Shown here piece after piece: positions 8,587-19,472 of a DNA stretch of 55,463 nt. The position numbers and the translations under genes are program-made. The DNA is from a virus (taxonomy: Duplodnaviria; Caudoviricetes). The stretch spans positions 1-55,463 of IMG/VR virus record IMGVR_UViG_3300037584_004704; one strand, written 5' to 3'. How positions within the stretch are numbered: the first letter of the stretch is position 1; every line of letters begins with the position of its first letter. The notes below the pieces were generated by a model. The model had not been told where the DNA came from. It searched no databases and saw nothing but the letters and a program-made list of their open reading frames with translations.

Positions 8587-11500
8587 GTGTCTAGCGCTTT
8601 AGATTTATTTTACGGGAGAGACGGAAAGTCAAGTCAATCTGGCGGAGGCGATGCTCTCGATCTCTTTTATGGCAATCAGAAAAAAGACGACACCGATATA
8701 AATGTAGATTTAACAAAGAAAGATATAAAAGATCCCGATGAAAATGATGTAGGTGTCATAGAGTCTGTTTTATCAGGTGTTGTTTCAGGTTTAATTAAAA
8801 TACCTGAGGGTGTTGTTTCTTTAGGCGCCTCTCTGTATGATTTAGGAGCGGATACAAATACAGCAGCGAAAGTAGAAAAATTTTTTGACGATATTAATCC
8901 TTTTGATGAAGCTGCAGAAGCTACAGCCGCAGGTAAAATAGTAGAAACTTTAGTTAACTTAGGTGTACCTGGTGGTATCGCTTTTACTAAAGGAGCGAGT
9001 CTTGCTAACAAAGCATTACAGTCTAGAAAACTTGGAACTTATTTTACATTAAAAAACCCTGCATTAAAGAAAGCAGGAGAACAAGCAGCTCAGTTAAATG
9101 CAAAAGGTAAAGTTACAAAGTACGCAGCGGCGTCTTTAGGTGCAGGAGCTGCAGAGGGTATTTTTGTAGGTGATGTAGAAAAAGTAGGAACCTTTGGAGA
9201 TTTATTAGGTGGACCCACGAAATTGCAAAGAACATCTTCAGATGAAGAGTATGACCCTGGAAGAGAAGTATTAAACAGGATTAAGTTTGGAACAGAGGGT
9301 GCCGTGTTCTCAGGAGTGATAGGAGGCGTGGGAGCTGCTGTAAAAAAAATAGCGACACGTGGAAAAGATTTAGCTAGAAGTAATTCAAAAATTGATCAGA
9401 TATTAGATTCTGTTGCAAGTAAATTTAGAGGGCGAGGTAAAAAAAACGAAGAATTTTTTAGAGCAGAAAGAATCACTAAAGGCTTGCGTTCTGCTGACCT
9501 TAACTTAGCTCAACAAATTTCTAGAGAATTAGATAAAAATATAGATGCTATATTTCCTAATTTAAAATCTGTTTATAATTCAACCGCAGGGGAGACAAGA
9601 AAGCTAGCACTAAAAAAATTAAATGATCTTCTATTGTCAGGAAATCCTGTTCTTTCTGGTAAAGGTAAAACATTTAAAACAACTTTTAATAAAATAACTT
9701 ATGAACAAGCAAAATTTTTAACAGAATATGGAGCAAATCCAAAAAATATAGAGGCCATTGTAGAACAATTAAATCAAATTAGAGGCGGATGGGGTAATAT
9801 GTTTACAGCCTTGGGAGCAAAAATGCCTAAAAATTCTTTGGCTTCTTTTAAAAAGAATTTTGCAGAGAAGTTTCAAGGTTATTTGGATAACACTTTTGAA
9901 GTTTTTGAAAATAAAAATGTTATACCTTTCACTTCTTATAAACCAACAAGACAGTTAGTAGAGAAAACTATGAAACAGTTTCAACAAATAGCTAAAGAAA
10001 ATGGTGAAAGACTTACAGATGAAGAAGCAGAGTATTATGTTAACGAAGTTTTAAGAACAGCAAAAATACCTAAAGGACTACCGTTTGGTTCAAAAAAAGC
10101 ACCTGAAGTGGTTTTTTCTTTACCCAAAGAAATAATTAAAGATAGCTTTGTTAACGACATAGATAAAGTTTCTGCGCAGGGTTTTACAAGTTTAAGAAAT
10201 TTAAAACCAGAAGCAAGAGCAACAATTGAAGAGTTATTAGGAAAAGTAGAAAATCCCATTTCCACAATATTAGGTGGAACAGAAAGATTGTCCATGTTAA
10301 CAAGACAAAATCAATTTTTTCAACAGTTAAGAGATGTTAGTGAGAGATTAATCGCTGAAGGTAAACCAGGTCTTTTTTACAAAGCAAGTGAAAGAGGAAA
10401 AGCTGTAGAAGCTTTTGGAGTTGATAATGTAAAGATAGTAGAATTTTTAGATCCTGGAAGAAAATATGATGCAGGTATTCCTAACCCTGTCAGTGGAATG
10501 TTTACCTCTAAAGGAATGGCAGATGCTCTCACACAAGTAGAAAAAGGAATATTAAATAATGACAACTTAATTGGATACACCTTAAATAATTTTATTCTTT
10601 TACCAAAGGCGACTTCTCAAATAGCTAAAACTATCTTATCACCTATTACACATTTGCGTAACTTTTTTAGCGCAGGTGCTTTTGCTGTTGCAAACGGCGT
10701 AATTCCAACACCAGCTGCGATGAAAACTGCTTATAACGCCTTACAGATACCTGTTAAAGGCTCAAGGAAAAGTATCAAAGAACTTGATAAGGCAGGGTCT
10801 TTACAAGGAAATGATTTATATAGAAGATTACTAGAGTTAGGCGTTGTTAATAGCAATGTTCGACTAGGTGATTTAAGAAGATTAATAGGAGATATTACAT
10901 TTTTGGATGATGCCAATCTCAGTAAATATGTGGGAGGTATATTTAAAAAATTAAAACAAGGACAAAAAGGTCTTGAAGATTTCTATACTGCTGAGGATGA
11001 TTTTTGGAAAATTTCAACGTGGGCCGTGGAACGTGATAGGTTAGGTAAAGCGTATGCAAAAGCAGGAATTAAAAAAACAACTGAAGAGCTAGAAGAGGAA
11101 GCCGCTAGCATAGTAAGAAATAATGTTCCTAACTACGACCAGGTAAGTGATTTTATAAAAGAATTAAGAAAGTTTCCTTTAGGTAACTTCGTATCTTTCC
11201 CTGCAGAAATTATGAGAACAGGAACTAACATTGTTAGAAGAGCAGTTAAAGAAATACAAGACCCTGCTCTTAGAACGATAGGTTTTCAAAGGTTGTTAGG
11301 ATTTGGTTTTGTTACTAGTGCTGTTCCGTTTGGAGTTCAACAAGGAGCAAAAGCAATTCAAAATATTTCAGATGAAGATATGGAAGCTCTTAGAAGATAT
11401 GTTCCTGATTGGTCAAAAAACTCTACTTTAATTCCAATAAAAGATGAAAAGACAGGTAAATTAAAATATGTAGATTTTTCACATGGAAACGCATACGACA

Positions 11501-12531
11501 CTTTAATTAGACCAATACAAACAGTTATCAACAATGTTTCAGCAGGAAGAACAGATGAAGATGGAATCATGGATGATTTCATGATGGGTCTAGCTGAGGC
11601 TACAAAAGAATTAGCAGCTCCTTTCATAAGTGAGTCGATATGGACAGAGGCTTTCATGGATATTCTAGCTCGTAAAGGAAGAACTAGAGATGGTAGGGTT
11701 TTATATACAGAAGAAACTCCGTACGGTGAAAGAGTTTCAACAATATTTAAACATTTAGTTAAATCTCAAGCACCAGGATCATTGGCAGCTTTTAAAAGAA
11801 CAGGATTAGCAATTACAGGTGAAACTGATGATTTTGGTAGAAGCTATGAATTAGGACCTGAATTAGCTGGTTACATAGGATTTAGAGCTGTTGAAGTAGA
11901 TCCAACTAGAGCTATTAATTTCAAAATAGCTGACTTTCAAGATGGTATTAGAAATTCAAGAAAAATATTTACAACTCCGTTATTAAGGGGAGGAGAAATT
12001 TCTCCGGCAGATATAGTAGATAGGTTTCTTGTAGCTAATCAACAAGCTTACAAAGTTAAAAAAGAAATGTTCAAGGATTATTTTGCTGCTTTACGTTTAG
12101 GTGGAAATTTTGAGGAAATATCAGATATATTTGACAGAAGAGGGGTAAAAAAAGAGTTAGAACAAATACAACAAGGCATATTTAAACCTTTGACAGTTAG
12201 TGATGGTATCAAAGAGGCTTTTGAAAGAAACGCAAGAAACTTAGGATCTCCAAATCCTTTTACAGCCGTTGAACCTTTCATAGATAATATGATAGAATTC
12301 TTTTCAAACATGCCGTTGGAATTGGACGCTTTACCTAGTTTTCCTAATCCATTTAAAAACATAGAATTATCACCAACAGACACTAGTTATTTACCATCAT
12401 CAGGACCTCCGGTAGGACCTGCTAGTAATATAACTAATGTTGACCCTCAAACAGGCTTAACGGCAACAGAGCTAGCATTGTTATCACCAAATGATCAAGC
12501 AATAAGACAAAAATTAAATAGGAGAGTATAA
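8587..12531 (+). CDS. Large internal virion (ejection) protein, 1314 aa
   Basis: Size, helical composition and position as the last gene of the ejection cluster. Confidence 0.6.
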   Translation: MSSALDLFYGRDGKSSQSGGGDALDLFYGNQKKDDTDINVDLTKKDIKDPDENDVGVIESVLSGVVSGLIKIPEGVVSLGASLYDLGADTNTAAKVEKFFDDINPFDEAAEATAAGKIVETLVNLGVPGGIAFTKGASLANKALQSRKLGTYFTLKNPALKKAGEQAAQLNAKGKVTKYAAASLGAGAAEGIFVGDVEKVGTFGDLLGGPTKLQRTSSDEEYDPGREVLNRIKFGTEGAVFSGVIGGVGAAVKKIATRGKDLARSNSKIDQILDSVASKFRGRGKKNEEFFRAERITKGLRSADLNLAQQISRELDKNIDAIFPNLKSVYNSTAGETRKLALKKLNDLLLSGNPVLSGKGKTFKTTFNKITYEQAKFLTEYGANPKNIEAIVEQLNQIRGGWGNMFTALGAKMPKNSLASFKKNFAEKFQGYLDNTFEVFENKNVIPFTSYKPTRQLVEKTMKQFQQIAKENGERLTDEEAEYYVNEVLRTAKIPKGLPFGSKKAPEVVFSLPKEIIKDSFVNDIDKVSAQGFTSLRNLKPEARATIEELLGKVENPISTILGGTERLSMLTRQNQFFQQLRDVSERLIAEGKPGLFYKASERGKAVEAFGVDNVKIVEFLDPGRKYDAGIPNPVSGMFTSKGMADALTQVEKGILNNDNLIGYTLNNFILLPKATSQIAKTILSPITHLRNFFSAGAFAVANGVIPTPAAMKTAYNALQIPVKGSRKSIKELDKAGSLQGNDLYRRLLELGVVNSNVRLGDLRRLIGDITFLDDANLSKYVGGIFKKLKQGQKGLEDFYTAEDDFWKISTWAVERDRLGKAYAKAGIKKTTEELEEEAASIVRNNVPNYDQVSDFIKELRKFPLGNFVSFPAEIMRTGTNIVRRAVKEIQDPALRTIGFQRLLGFGFVTSAVPFGVQQGAKAIQNISDEDMEALRRYVPDWSKNSTLIPIKDEKTGKLKYVDFSHGNAYDTLIRPIQTVINNVSAGRTDEDGIMDDFMMGLAEATKELAAPFISESIWTEAFMDILARKGRTRDGRVLYTEETPYGERVSTIFKHLVKSQAPGSLAAFKRTGLAITGETDDFGRSYELGPELAGYIGFRAVEVDPTRAINFKIADFQDGIRNSRKIFTTPLLRGGEISPADIVDRFLVANQQAYKVKKEMFKDYFAALRLGGNFEEISDIFDRRGVKKELEQIQQGIFKPLTVSDGIKEAFERNARNLGSPNPFTAVEPFIDNMIEFFSNMPLELDALPSFPNPFKNIELSPTDTSYLPSSGPPVGPASNITNVDPQTGLTATELALLSPNDQAIRQKLNRRV

Positions 12532-13004
12532 TGAAACTATCACAACACTTTAGTTACCAAGAATTTATTAAATCACAAACAGCAACGAGAAAAGGTATTA
12601 AGAATGAACCTGATGATATTCAGTTATATAATATGAAAATGATTTGCGCTAATATTTTAGAGCCTGTCAGAGATAATTTTGGAGGACCTGTCATCATTAC
12701 ATCAGGTTTTAGAAGTATTGAACTTTGTGAGGCTATTGGCTCTTCTAGTAAATCACAACATGCTAGAGGAGAAGCTGCAGATTTTGAAATACCTGGAGTC
12801 TCTAACAAAGAAGTAGCTGATTGGATACATGCAAATTTAGTTTACGATCAATTAATCCTAGAGTTTTTTGATGGCAAAGACCCAAACAGTGGTTGGATAC
12901 ATTGTTCTCATAAAGGTAATGATAACAGAAAACAATATTTAATTGCTTATAAAGATGAGAATAACAAAACTAAATATGCTCCGGCAAATCATCTGACTAC
13001 TTAA
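12531..13004 (+). CDS. Peptidase M15A family endolysin
   Basis: ITSGFRS, SQHARGEAAD and WIHCS zinc-peptidase motifs. Confidence 0.85.
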   Translation: MKLSQHFSYQEFIKSQTATRKGIKNEPDDIQLYNMKMICANILEPVRDNFGGPVIITSGFRSIELCEAIGSSSKSQHARGEAADFEIPGVSNKEVADWIHANLVYDQLILEFFDGKDPNSGWIHCSHKGNDNRKQYLIAYKDENNKTKYAPANHLTT

Positions 13005-14445
13005 TCCAGTCTACTAACTCTTCACCCATAATTTCATTAGCAATATCTATCTTGTCACGTAAAGCTTTGACTATTCTTTCGTCGACAGTTTTCTCAGAAA
13101 TTAAATCTATGTAGGTAACAATATTTTTTTGACCTATTCTGTGAGCTCTGTCTTCTGATTGTAGTCTTTTTTCTAAGTCATAGTTGTTAGAATAGTAAAT
13201 TACAGTGCTAGCAGCTGTAAGTGTGATTCCATAGCCTCCTGTTTGTGTATTTCCAACGAAATACCTAGTATTTCCATTTTCAGCTTGATACAGAGCAATG
13301 TTTTTCTGACGTGTGTTTGCATCAATAGCACCGTAATACGCCACTGTAGAGTCGTTTCCGTAGGTTTTTTTTAAGACTTCGACTATCTTTTCTATGTCAT
13401 GTACATAATTAGCCCAGATAATAACCTTACCCTCAGTTTCTTCTAAAATTGACAACAACTCATTCATTCGATTACTTTTTACTTCAGTGACAGTGCCATC
13501 GTCGGCCTTGAAATGGCCACAAGTAATTTGATGTAATCTCATCATCTGAGTAATAACATTTATTGTGCTCATGGTTTTACCTTTGAGTTCTGCCATAGCT
13601 GCAGCTTTCATAGAAACATATAATTTTTTTTGCTCATCTGTAAGTTCAACTGTTCTTCTAACAAAAGTTTTTTCTGGTAAATCTAAACAATCCTTTTTTA
13701 AAACACGATAAGAAAACTTTTCTAATTTTTCTGATAACTCATCAAGTCTCCTGTAAGAACCCACAATCTGTACACGACGTCCACCAAAGTTTCGTTCTAT
13801 CATGTGCGCGTATCGTGAACGAAAAGCATAATAAGATTCAAAACCAAGATGCCATTCGTCTAAAAATTTACATTGAGAATATAAATCTAATGGAGATTTT
13901 GTAACAGGCGACCCGGTGAGAATTCTACGATATTTTGCTAAATCCCTAAGTTTTAAAATACTCTTGGTTCTTTTGGCTGTCGGATTTTTGATTGTCGTAG
14001 ACTCGTCAATTCCTATTAATGATCGCCCAACTGTAGTGTTCAAAAATTTCTCTGCGAAGTCAATACCTTTATTAGTAGAAAACGCTTCTACATTCATAAT
14101 AAATATCTTTAACTTACCGTCGTTTTGTGTTAAAGAGTCTAACTCTTTTAACTTAGTTTGAGTTAAACTAGGTTCCCATAAAACTGTTGTGTGTTCTATA
14201 TGTTCTGGTAAATGAACAGGTACTTCTATTTCATACCAGTTTCTATAAACACCTTTTGGTGCAATAATTAATACGTTTCTTATATCTCCTTTGTCATACA
14301 AAAGAGCAATGTTATCAATCAATACTTTAGATTTTCCAGTTCCCATTTCCATAAATAACGCAAATGTTTTTTTATTCCAGGAACGTTGTAGGGCTTTTAA
14401 TTGATGTTCGTATGGCTTTGTCTTAAATTTGTAATGTTCAATCAT
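12997..14445 (-). CDS. SNF2-family (SF2) helicase
   Basis: MGTGKS Walker A, DES, LTGSP and QSEDRAHRIGQ motifs. Confidence 0.9.
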   Translation of the reverse strand: MIEHYKFKTKPYEHQLKALQRSWNKKTFALFMEMGTGKSKVLIDNIALLYDKGDIRNVLIIAPKGVYRNWYEIEVPVHLPEHIEHTTVLWEPSLTQTKLKELDSLTQNDGKLKIFIMNVEAFSTNKGIDFAEKFLNTTVGRSLIGIDESTTIKNPTAKRTKSILKLRDLAKYRRILTGSPVTKSPLDLYSQCKFLDEWHLGFESYYAFRSRYAHMIERNFGGRRVQIVGSYRRLDELSEKLEKFSYRVLKKDCLDLPEKTFVRRTVELTDEQKKLYVSMKAAAMAELKGKTMSTINVITQMMRLHQITCGHFKADDGTVTEVKSNRMNELLSILEETEGKVIIWANYVHDIEKIVEVLKKTYGNDSTVAYYGAIDANTRQKNIALYQAENGNTRYFVGNTQTGGYGITLTAASTVIYYSNNYDLEKRLQSEDRAHRIGQKNIVTYIDLISEKTVDERIVKALRDKIDIANEIMGEELVDWIK

Positions 14446-14451
14446 GTTAAA

Positions 14452-14505
14452 TTCTTTCTTGACAAAAATATAAACTTGACTATTTTAAATGTCAAGAAGG
14501 AAGAA
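14452..14505. promoter_or_regulatory. Overlapping divergent sigma70 promoters
   Basis: TTGACA at 14459 (+) and at 14495 (-), with -10 boxes TATTTT and TATATT, set in an imperfect inverted repeat. Confidence 0.6.
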
Positions 14506-14509
14506 TTAA

Positions 14510-14908
14510 ATGAAGAATAAAATATTTGAATTATATAAACCCAAAAGCTTAGAAGAGTTTTTAACATTCAAAAAGGAAAATTCTGAAGAAACTTTTGTGT
14601 ATGTTCTTCAGCACCCACCTGAGAATATTAATATTCTTAGTGCTTCTAACTTTGGCTATTTAGTAATCTGTTTACCACAGCTTTCTCAAATAGTTTTTAG
14701 TACAGGTCCTTTTGTTTTTAAAATGAGAAAAAACTTACAGGACTTTCGTGCCCAGGATTATATTCTGTGCACAGGTGATCCTGCTGTTATTGGCTTATCA
14801 ACAGCTATTGTCAGTGATATCACTACGGGTAAATTTAATCTCTTGAAATGGGACAAAAGAGAGTTTAAATATTATCCATTAAGTATTGACTTATACAAGA
14901 AAGGATAA
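14510..14908 (+). CDS. Conserved hypothetical protein of the replication module
   Basis: ORF track; DYILCTGDP motif. Confidence 0.6.
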   Translation: MKNKIFELYKPKSLEEFLTFKKENSEETFVYVLQHPPENINILSASNFGYLVICLPQLSQIVFSTGPFVFKMRKNLQDFRAQDYILCTGDPAVIGLSTAIVSDITTGKFNLLKWDKREFKYYPLSIDLYKKG

Positions 14909-14912
14909 AGTA

Positions 14913-15479
14913 ATGAGTGATCTTATGAAGGAGATGGAAAAAGACCAAGAGTCTTTTGCATCGAACACAGATAATATTCAACAGTTGGCAACAAAATGTC
15001 AAGAGATGTTGGAATTAGATAAATTAATATCTGATAAGGAGTCTGAATTAAAAGAACTAGAAACGAGACGTGATGTTATTAGTTCAGAAGTAATTCCTAA
15101 CTTATTATCAGAACAAGGTTTAGCGTCTTTGAATATGATTGACGGTAGTAAAGTAGAGGTAAAAAAGAAATACAGCTGCACCGTCAAAGCTGATCCAGAA
15201 CTAAAAGAGAAGGCGCACAAATGGCTTCGCGATAATGGCTTAGGTGATATTATTAAAAACAATGTTGCTGTGAGCTTCGGCACTGGCGAAGATAACAAGG
15301 CCACAGAATTTTTTGGCCTTGCCTCACAAAGTGGATATGAACCCGAACAATCTTTGAAGGTTGAACCATCTACTTTGAGAGCACTATTCAGAGAGCGTGT
15401 TCAAAACGGGTTGGACATGCCCTCTGATATTTTTAATGTTTACATTAAAGATGAAACTAAAATAACCCGTAAAAAATAA
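14913..15479 (+). CDS. Conserved replication-module protein
   Basis: AGGA RBS before ATG 14913; WLRDNGLGDIIKN and EPSTLRAL motifs. Confidence 0.6.
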   Translation: MSDLMKEMEKDQESFASNTDNIQQLATKCQEMLELDKLISDKESELKELETRRDVISSEVIPNLLSEQGLASLNMIDGSKVEVKKKYSCTVKADPELKEKAHKWLRDNGLGDIIKNNVAVSFGTGEDNKATEFFGLASQSGYEPEQSLKVEPSTLRALFRERVQNGLDMPSDIFNVYIKDETKITRKK

Positions 15480-15492
15480 AGGAACGTGAAAC

Positions 15493-16269
15493 ATGAATAA
15501 AGCTACGAATGCCGTGGAAAAGAAAAAAGAAAACTTACCTGTTACGAGTATGTTCGAAGGAGATGCTCATAAAGGTATGGAACATATGGGGGCAGAGGAT
15601 CTTGCCCTTCCATTTATTAGGATTTTAGGCGATTTATCTCCGCAAGTTAAAAAATCTAAGGCCGAATATGTGGAAGGTGCAGAGCCTGGAATGCTCTTCA
15701 ATACAGTTTCCAAAGAACTGTATGACGGTGATAAAGGTATTCAAGTAATACCTTGTTATTACAAAAGAGAGTATGTCGAATGGTCCGACAGAGGTGAAGG
15801 ACCAGGTGCTCCGATAGCTGTTCATCCGGCTAACTCAGATATCATTAATCAAGCTAATAGAGATGGTATGGGAAAAGATAGATTACCGAATGGTAATTAT
15901 CTTGAGAACACTGCATCCTATTATGTAATGGTGTTGAGTGATGATGGTAGTGCAGAAACTGCTTTGATTACCATGAAGTCTACAAGTTTAAAAACAAGTA
16001 GACAGTGGAATTCAATGATCAGTGGTATTAAACTTAACGGTACAAACGGAAAGTTTACACCACCGATGTACAGTCATGTATATCATCTAAAGACTGTTGA
16101 AATGTCTAACAACAAAGGAACATGGTCTACGTGGTCCGTTGGTAAAGTTGGACCGATACAAGACATGTCTATGTATGAACAGTCAAAAAGTTTTGCTGAT
16201 AGTGTCTCCAAAGGAGATGTAAAAGCAAAACACGGTGAAGAAGCAACAGATAATAAAGTTCCCTTCTAA
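15493..16269 (+). CDS. Probable single-stranded DNA-binding protein
   Basis: Acidic tail ending in VPF; lies upstream of the primase. Confidence 0.55.
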   Translation: MNKATNAVEKKKENLPVTSMFEGDAHKGMEHMGAEDLALPFIRILGDLSPQVKKSKAEYVEGAEPGMLFNTVSKELYDGDKGIQVIPCYYKREYVEWSDRGEGPGAPIAVHPANSDIINQANRDGMGKDRLPNGNYLENTASYYVMVLSDDGSAETALITMKSTSLKTSRQWNSMISGIKLNGTNGKFTPPMYSHVYHLKTVEMSNNKGTWSTWSVGKVGPIQDMSMYEQSKSFADSVSKGDVKAKHGEEATDNKVPF

Positions 16270-16281
16270 GGGGTTGCTCAT

Positions 16282-16308
16282 GGTGGGGTCTTACGGCCCC
16301 ACCTATTT
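16282..16308 (+). terminator. Stem-loop, possible terminator or processing site
   Basis: GGTGGGGTC TTAC GGCCCCACC hairpin. Confidence 0.45.
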
Positions 16309-16317
16309 AGGGGATAC

Positions 16318-17838
16318 ATGCAAGAAAGATTTAAAGAAATATTTGAAGGTTTCAACGAGGCTCACGGATACACATACAAGACAGGTGAACGTGATGATCG
16401 TGGTAAAGAAAAAGTAAAGTCTGGTTTTGAAAGAAAGCTAGTCACAGATGAGTTGTGGCAGAAACACTTGAATGGTGAGCCACCTGCTCTTGGTATTATT
16501 CCTATTAATGAAAACAATAAATGTAAATGGGGTTGTATTGATATTGATATATACAATCTTGATCATAAAAAATTAATTAGCAAAATTAAAAAACATAACT
16601 TACCTATGGTTGTGTTTCGTTCTAAGTCTGGTGGTGCTCATGTATTTATTTTTGTAAAAGAATTTGTATCAGCGAAACTGATGAGAATAAAATTGAAAGC
16701 GATAGCTGAATTACTAGGCTATCACTCTTCAGAAATATTTCCAAAGCAAGATGAAGTATTAGTTAAAGAAGGTCACCTAGGTAGTTTTTTAAATTTACCT
16801 TATCACGGCGGTGTTAAAAGTATGAGATATGCCATGGATGATAATGGTGATGCTTTACAACTAGAAGAGTTTATTGAAGTGTATGATCGTGTGTCGCTGA
16901 CCGAGGTTTCATTAGATGAAATAAAAATTGTCAAACCAAAACTCAAAGAAGTTTTTGAAGATGGACCACCTTGTCTTAATAAATTAGCAGAAGATGGATT
17001 TGGAGAAGGTAGTAGAAACAATGCTTTATTTAATATTGGAGTTTTTTACAAGAAGGTAGATCCAGATAATTGGAAAGATTTATTAGAAGAAGCAAACCAA
17101 CAATACGTAGTGCCGCAACTCAAAGCTGCAGAAGTTTTAGGTGTCATCAAATCTTTAGAACGAAAAGGTTATGACAAATACAGATGTAAAGATGCTCCGA
17201 TAAATTCTGTATGTCAATCTGGTTTGTGTAAAACAAAAAAACATGGTGTAGGTTTTGAAGATGAGCAACTACCCGACCTAAAAAATTTAACAAAGATAAC
17301 TTCTAATCCACCAGAATGGTTTTTAGAAGTTGACGGCAAAGTTATAAAATTAAAATCAGAAGAATTACATAACCCTAACATGTTTGCTTTATGTTGTTTG
17401 GATCAAGCTAACATTGTTGTTGCCGGGGTACAGCCAAGAGATTGGCGTCAAGTAATACTCAAAGAGTTATTAGAAAATCTACAAGAAATAAAACCATTGG
17501 AGTCATTGAATCATGATAATCAACTAGAGAATCTATTGTATGACTTTACAGTCAATAGACCTGCTGCAAGAACTAAAGAAGATATGCTTAACAAAATGTC
17601 GTGGACCGATGATAGCCACAGCTATTTTAGATTAGAAGACTTTTATAATTTTGCAAAAAGAAATAATTGGGAACTTGATAAAACTAAAACAGGTAATCTT
17701 TTAAAACAAGCAGAAGTATTTGTAGAAGAAGTTCGTATGACTTTGAAAAATCAAACACCACGTATTGTAAAAATACAAGCTATGAAAAAATCAGAGCCTA
17801 GTGTATCGGGAGTAAAATATGCAGACGACCATTATTAG
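16318..17838 (+). CDS. Primase (AEP-like with PriCT domain)
   Basis: WGCIDID, RSKSGGAH and PPCL...EGSRNNALF motifs. Confidence 0.8.
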   Translation: MQERFKEIFEGFNEAHGYTYKTGERDDRGKEKVKSGFERKLVTDELWQKHLNGEPPALGIIPINENNKCKWGCIDIDIYNLDHKKLISKIKKHNLPMVVFRSKSGGAHVFIFVKEFVSAKLMRIKLKAIAELLGYHSSEIFPKQDEVLVKEGHLGSFLNLPYHGGVKSMRYAMDDNGDALQLEEFIEVYDRVSLTEVSLDEIKIVKPKLKEVFEDGPPCLNKLAEDGFGEGSRNNALFNIGVFYKKVDPDNWKDLLEEANQQYVVPQLKAAEVLGVIKSLERKGYDKYRCKDAPINSVCQSGLCKTKKHGVGFEDEQLPDLKNLTKITSNPPEWFLEVDGKVIKLKSEELHNPNMFALCCLDQANIVVAGVQPRDWRQVILKELLENLQEIKPLESLNHDNQLENLLYDFTVNRPAARTKEDMLNKMSWTDDSHSYFRLEDFYNFAKRNNWELDKTKTGNLLKQAEVFVEEVRMTLKNQTPRIVKIQAMKKSEPSVSGVKYADDHY

Positions 17839-18001
17839 GTGTTGCGAGTGTCAAAGAAAATATTCTAACAGAATGATTATTACAAGAGAGAATGTTTTAC
17901 AACCAGGTAGGAAATTTAAACAACACATGCACTATTGTATTAAGTGTTATAACAAAGGTTATTATGAAAACGATAATACTAGGACCACCCGGAACAGGTA
18001 A
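17819..18001 (+). CDS. Small zinc-finger protein
   Basis: CCEC...YCIKC; overlaps both neighbouring genes. Confidence 0.4.
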   Translation: MQTTIIRCCECQRKYSNRMIITRENVLQPGRKFKQHMHYCIKCYNKGYYENDNTRTTRNR

Positions 18002-19472
18002 AACAACAACTCTTTTGAATCTAGTTGATCAGTTCATTCAACAAGGTGTCAAACCGAAAAAGATAGGGTACTTTTCTTTTACAAAGAAAGCTGCCAATGA
18101 AGCAAAGCAAAGAGCTATAGAAAAATTTAATCTTGACGAAAAAGAAGACTTAATTTTTTTTAGAACATTACATTCTTTTGCATTTAGATTTTTAGGTGCA
18201 ACAAAAGAAGGAATGATGAGGCCACAGGACTACAGAGACTTTGGTTTAAAGTGTGGCATACCTATAAAGGTTGCATCTTATTCTGATGAAGACGGTATTT
18301 TTAATTCTGATAATGAATATTTAAAACTCATAGAGAAAGCAAAAGTCAAAGGTATATCTGTTCTAGAACAATACGATAGAAATGAACATCTTTTAGATAT
18401 TGAAAGAGATACTTTGTATTTGATTGACAAAGAATTAGCTAGGTACAAACAAGAAAGAAACATGAAAGATTTTACAGATTTACTTTTAGATTTTACAGGG
18501 AAGGATATGTCACCAGAGTTTGATGTTTTGTTTATTGATGAAGCACAGGACTTGTCATATTTACAATGGCAAATGGTTCGCACAATGTGGGATAAGTCAA
18601 AGAAAACCTACATAGCAGGTGACGATGATCAAGCTATCTTTCAGTGGGCTGGAGCAGACATAGATCATTTCATTGCATTGAAAGAAGAAGTTGATGAGAT
18701 AAAAGTTTTAGAACAGTCTTACAGAATACCTGGAGGACCTATACATGAACTATCACAAAGAATTATTGCAAACGTTTCTAATCGGTATGACAAAGTATAC
18801 AAACCTAGAGATGAGTTAGGTATTTTAAAATATCATAGTGATGTCACACAAGTAGATATGAGTGAAGGACAGTGGTTGGTATTATCAACAGCACATTATA
18901 TTTTAGAAGATGTAAAAGAATTATGTGAACTACAGGGTTGGTATTATCAACACAGAAATAAAAATTCTGTATCACTAGAATTATTATTAGCAATATCTAA
19001 TTGGGAGTCGTGGAGAAAAAAAGAACTTCTAACTAATTTAGAGATAAAAAGCATTTATTCTTATCTAGGAGCTAATGTTTCACCTGGTTTCAGAGATGGC
19101 AAAACATTACATTCAAACACGAAGTATTATTTATCGCAATGTCAAGAAGAACATGGCCTATTATCAGACAAAGTATGGTTTGAAAGTTTCGATAAATTGG
19201 ATACAATTACAGAAAACTACATCAGAAATATGAGAGCAAATGGTGAAAAGATAAATCGTAATCCTAGAATTTTATTGTCTACGATACATGGAGCTAAGGG
19301 TGGTGAAGCAGATAAAGTTTTAGTGCTACCTGATTTAACCAAAGCTGCATTAGATCAAAGTGATAAAAGTCCAGATGAACTTCACAGATTATTTTATGTT
19401 GCAACAACGAGAGCGAAAAAAGAATTACATATTGTCAGCCCTAAAAATTATGAAAGGTCATATTCTCTATGA
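17964..19472 (+). CDS. UvrD/Rep-like SF1 helicase
   Basis: GPPGTGKTT, DEAQD, GDDDQAI, STIHGAKGGE and YVATTRAK motifs. Confidence 0.9.
   Translation: MKTIILGPPGTGKTTTLLNLVDQFIQQGVKPKKIGYFSFTKKAANEAKQRAIEKFNLDEKEDLIFFRTLHSFAFRFLGATKEGMMRPQDYRDFGLKCGIPIKVASYSDEDGIFNSDNEYLKLIEKAKVKGISVLEQYDRNEHLLDIERDTLYLIDKELARYKQERNMKDFTDLLLDFTGKDMSPEFDVLFIDEAQDLSYLQWQMVRTMWDKSKKTYIAGDDDQAIFQWAGADIDHFIALKEEVDEIKVLEQSYRIPGGPIHELSQRIIANVSNRYDKVYKPRDELGILKYHSDVTQVDMSEGQWLVLSTAHYILEDVKELCELQGWYYQHRNKNSVSLELLLAISNWESWRKKELLTNLEIKSIYSYLGANVSPGFRDGKTLHSNTKYYLSQCQEEHGLLSDKVWFESFDKLDTITENYIRNMRANGEKINRNPRILLSTIHGAKGGEADKVLVLPDLTKAALDQSDKSPDELHRLFYVATTRAKKELHIVSPKNYERSYSL

Noticed and set aside
8587-12531. Virion RNA polymerase
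   Set aside because: No recognisable RNAP catalytic motifs; early genes have sigma70-type promoters
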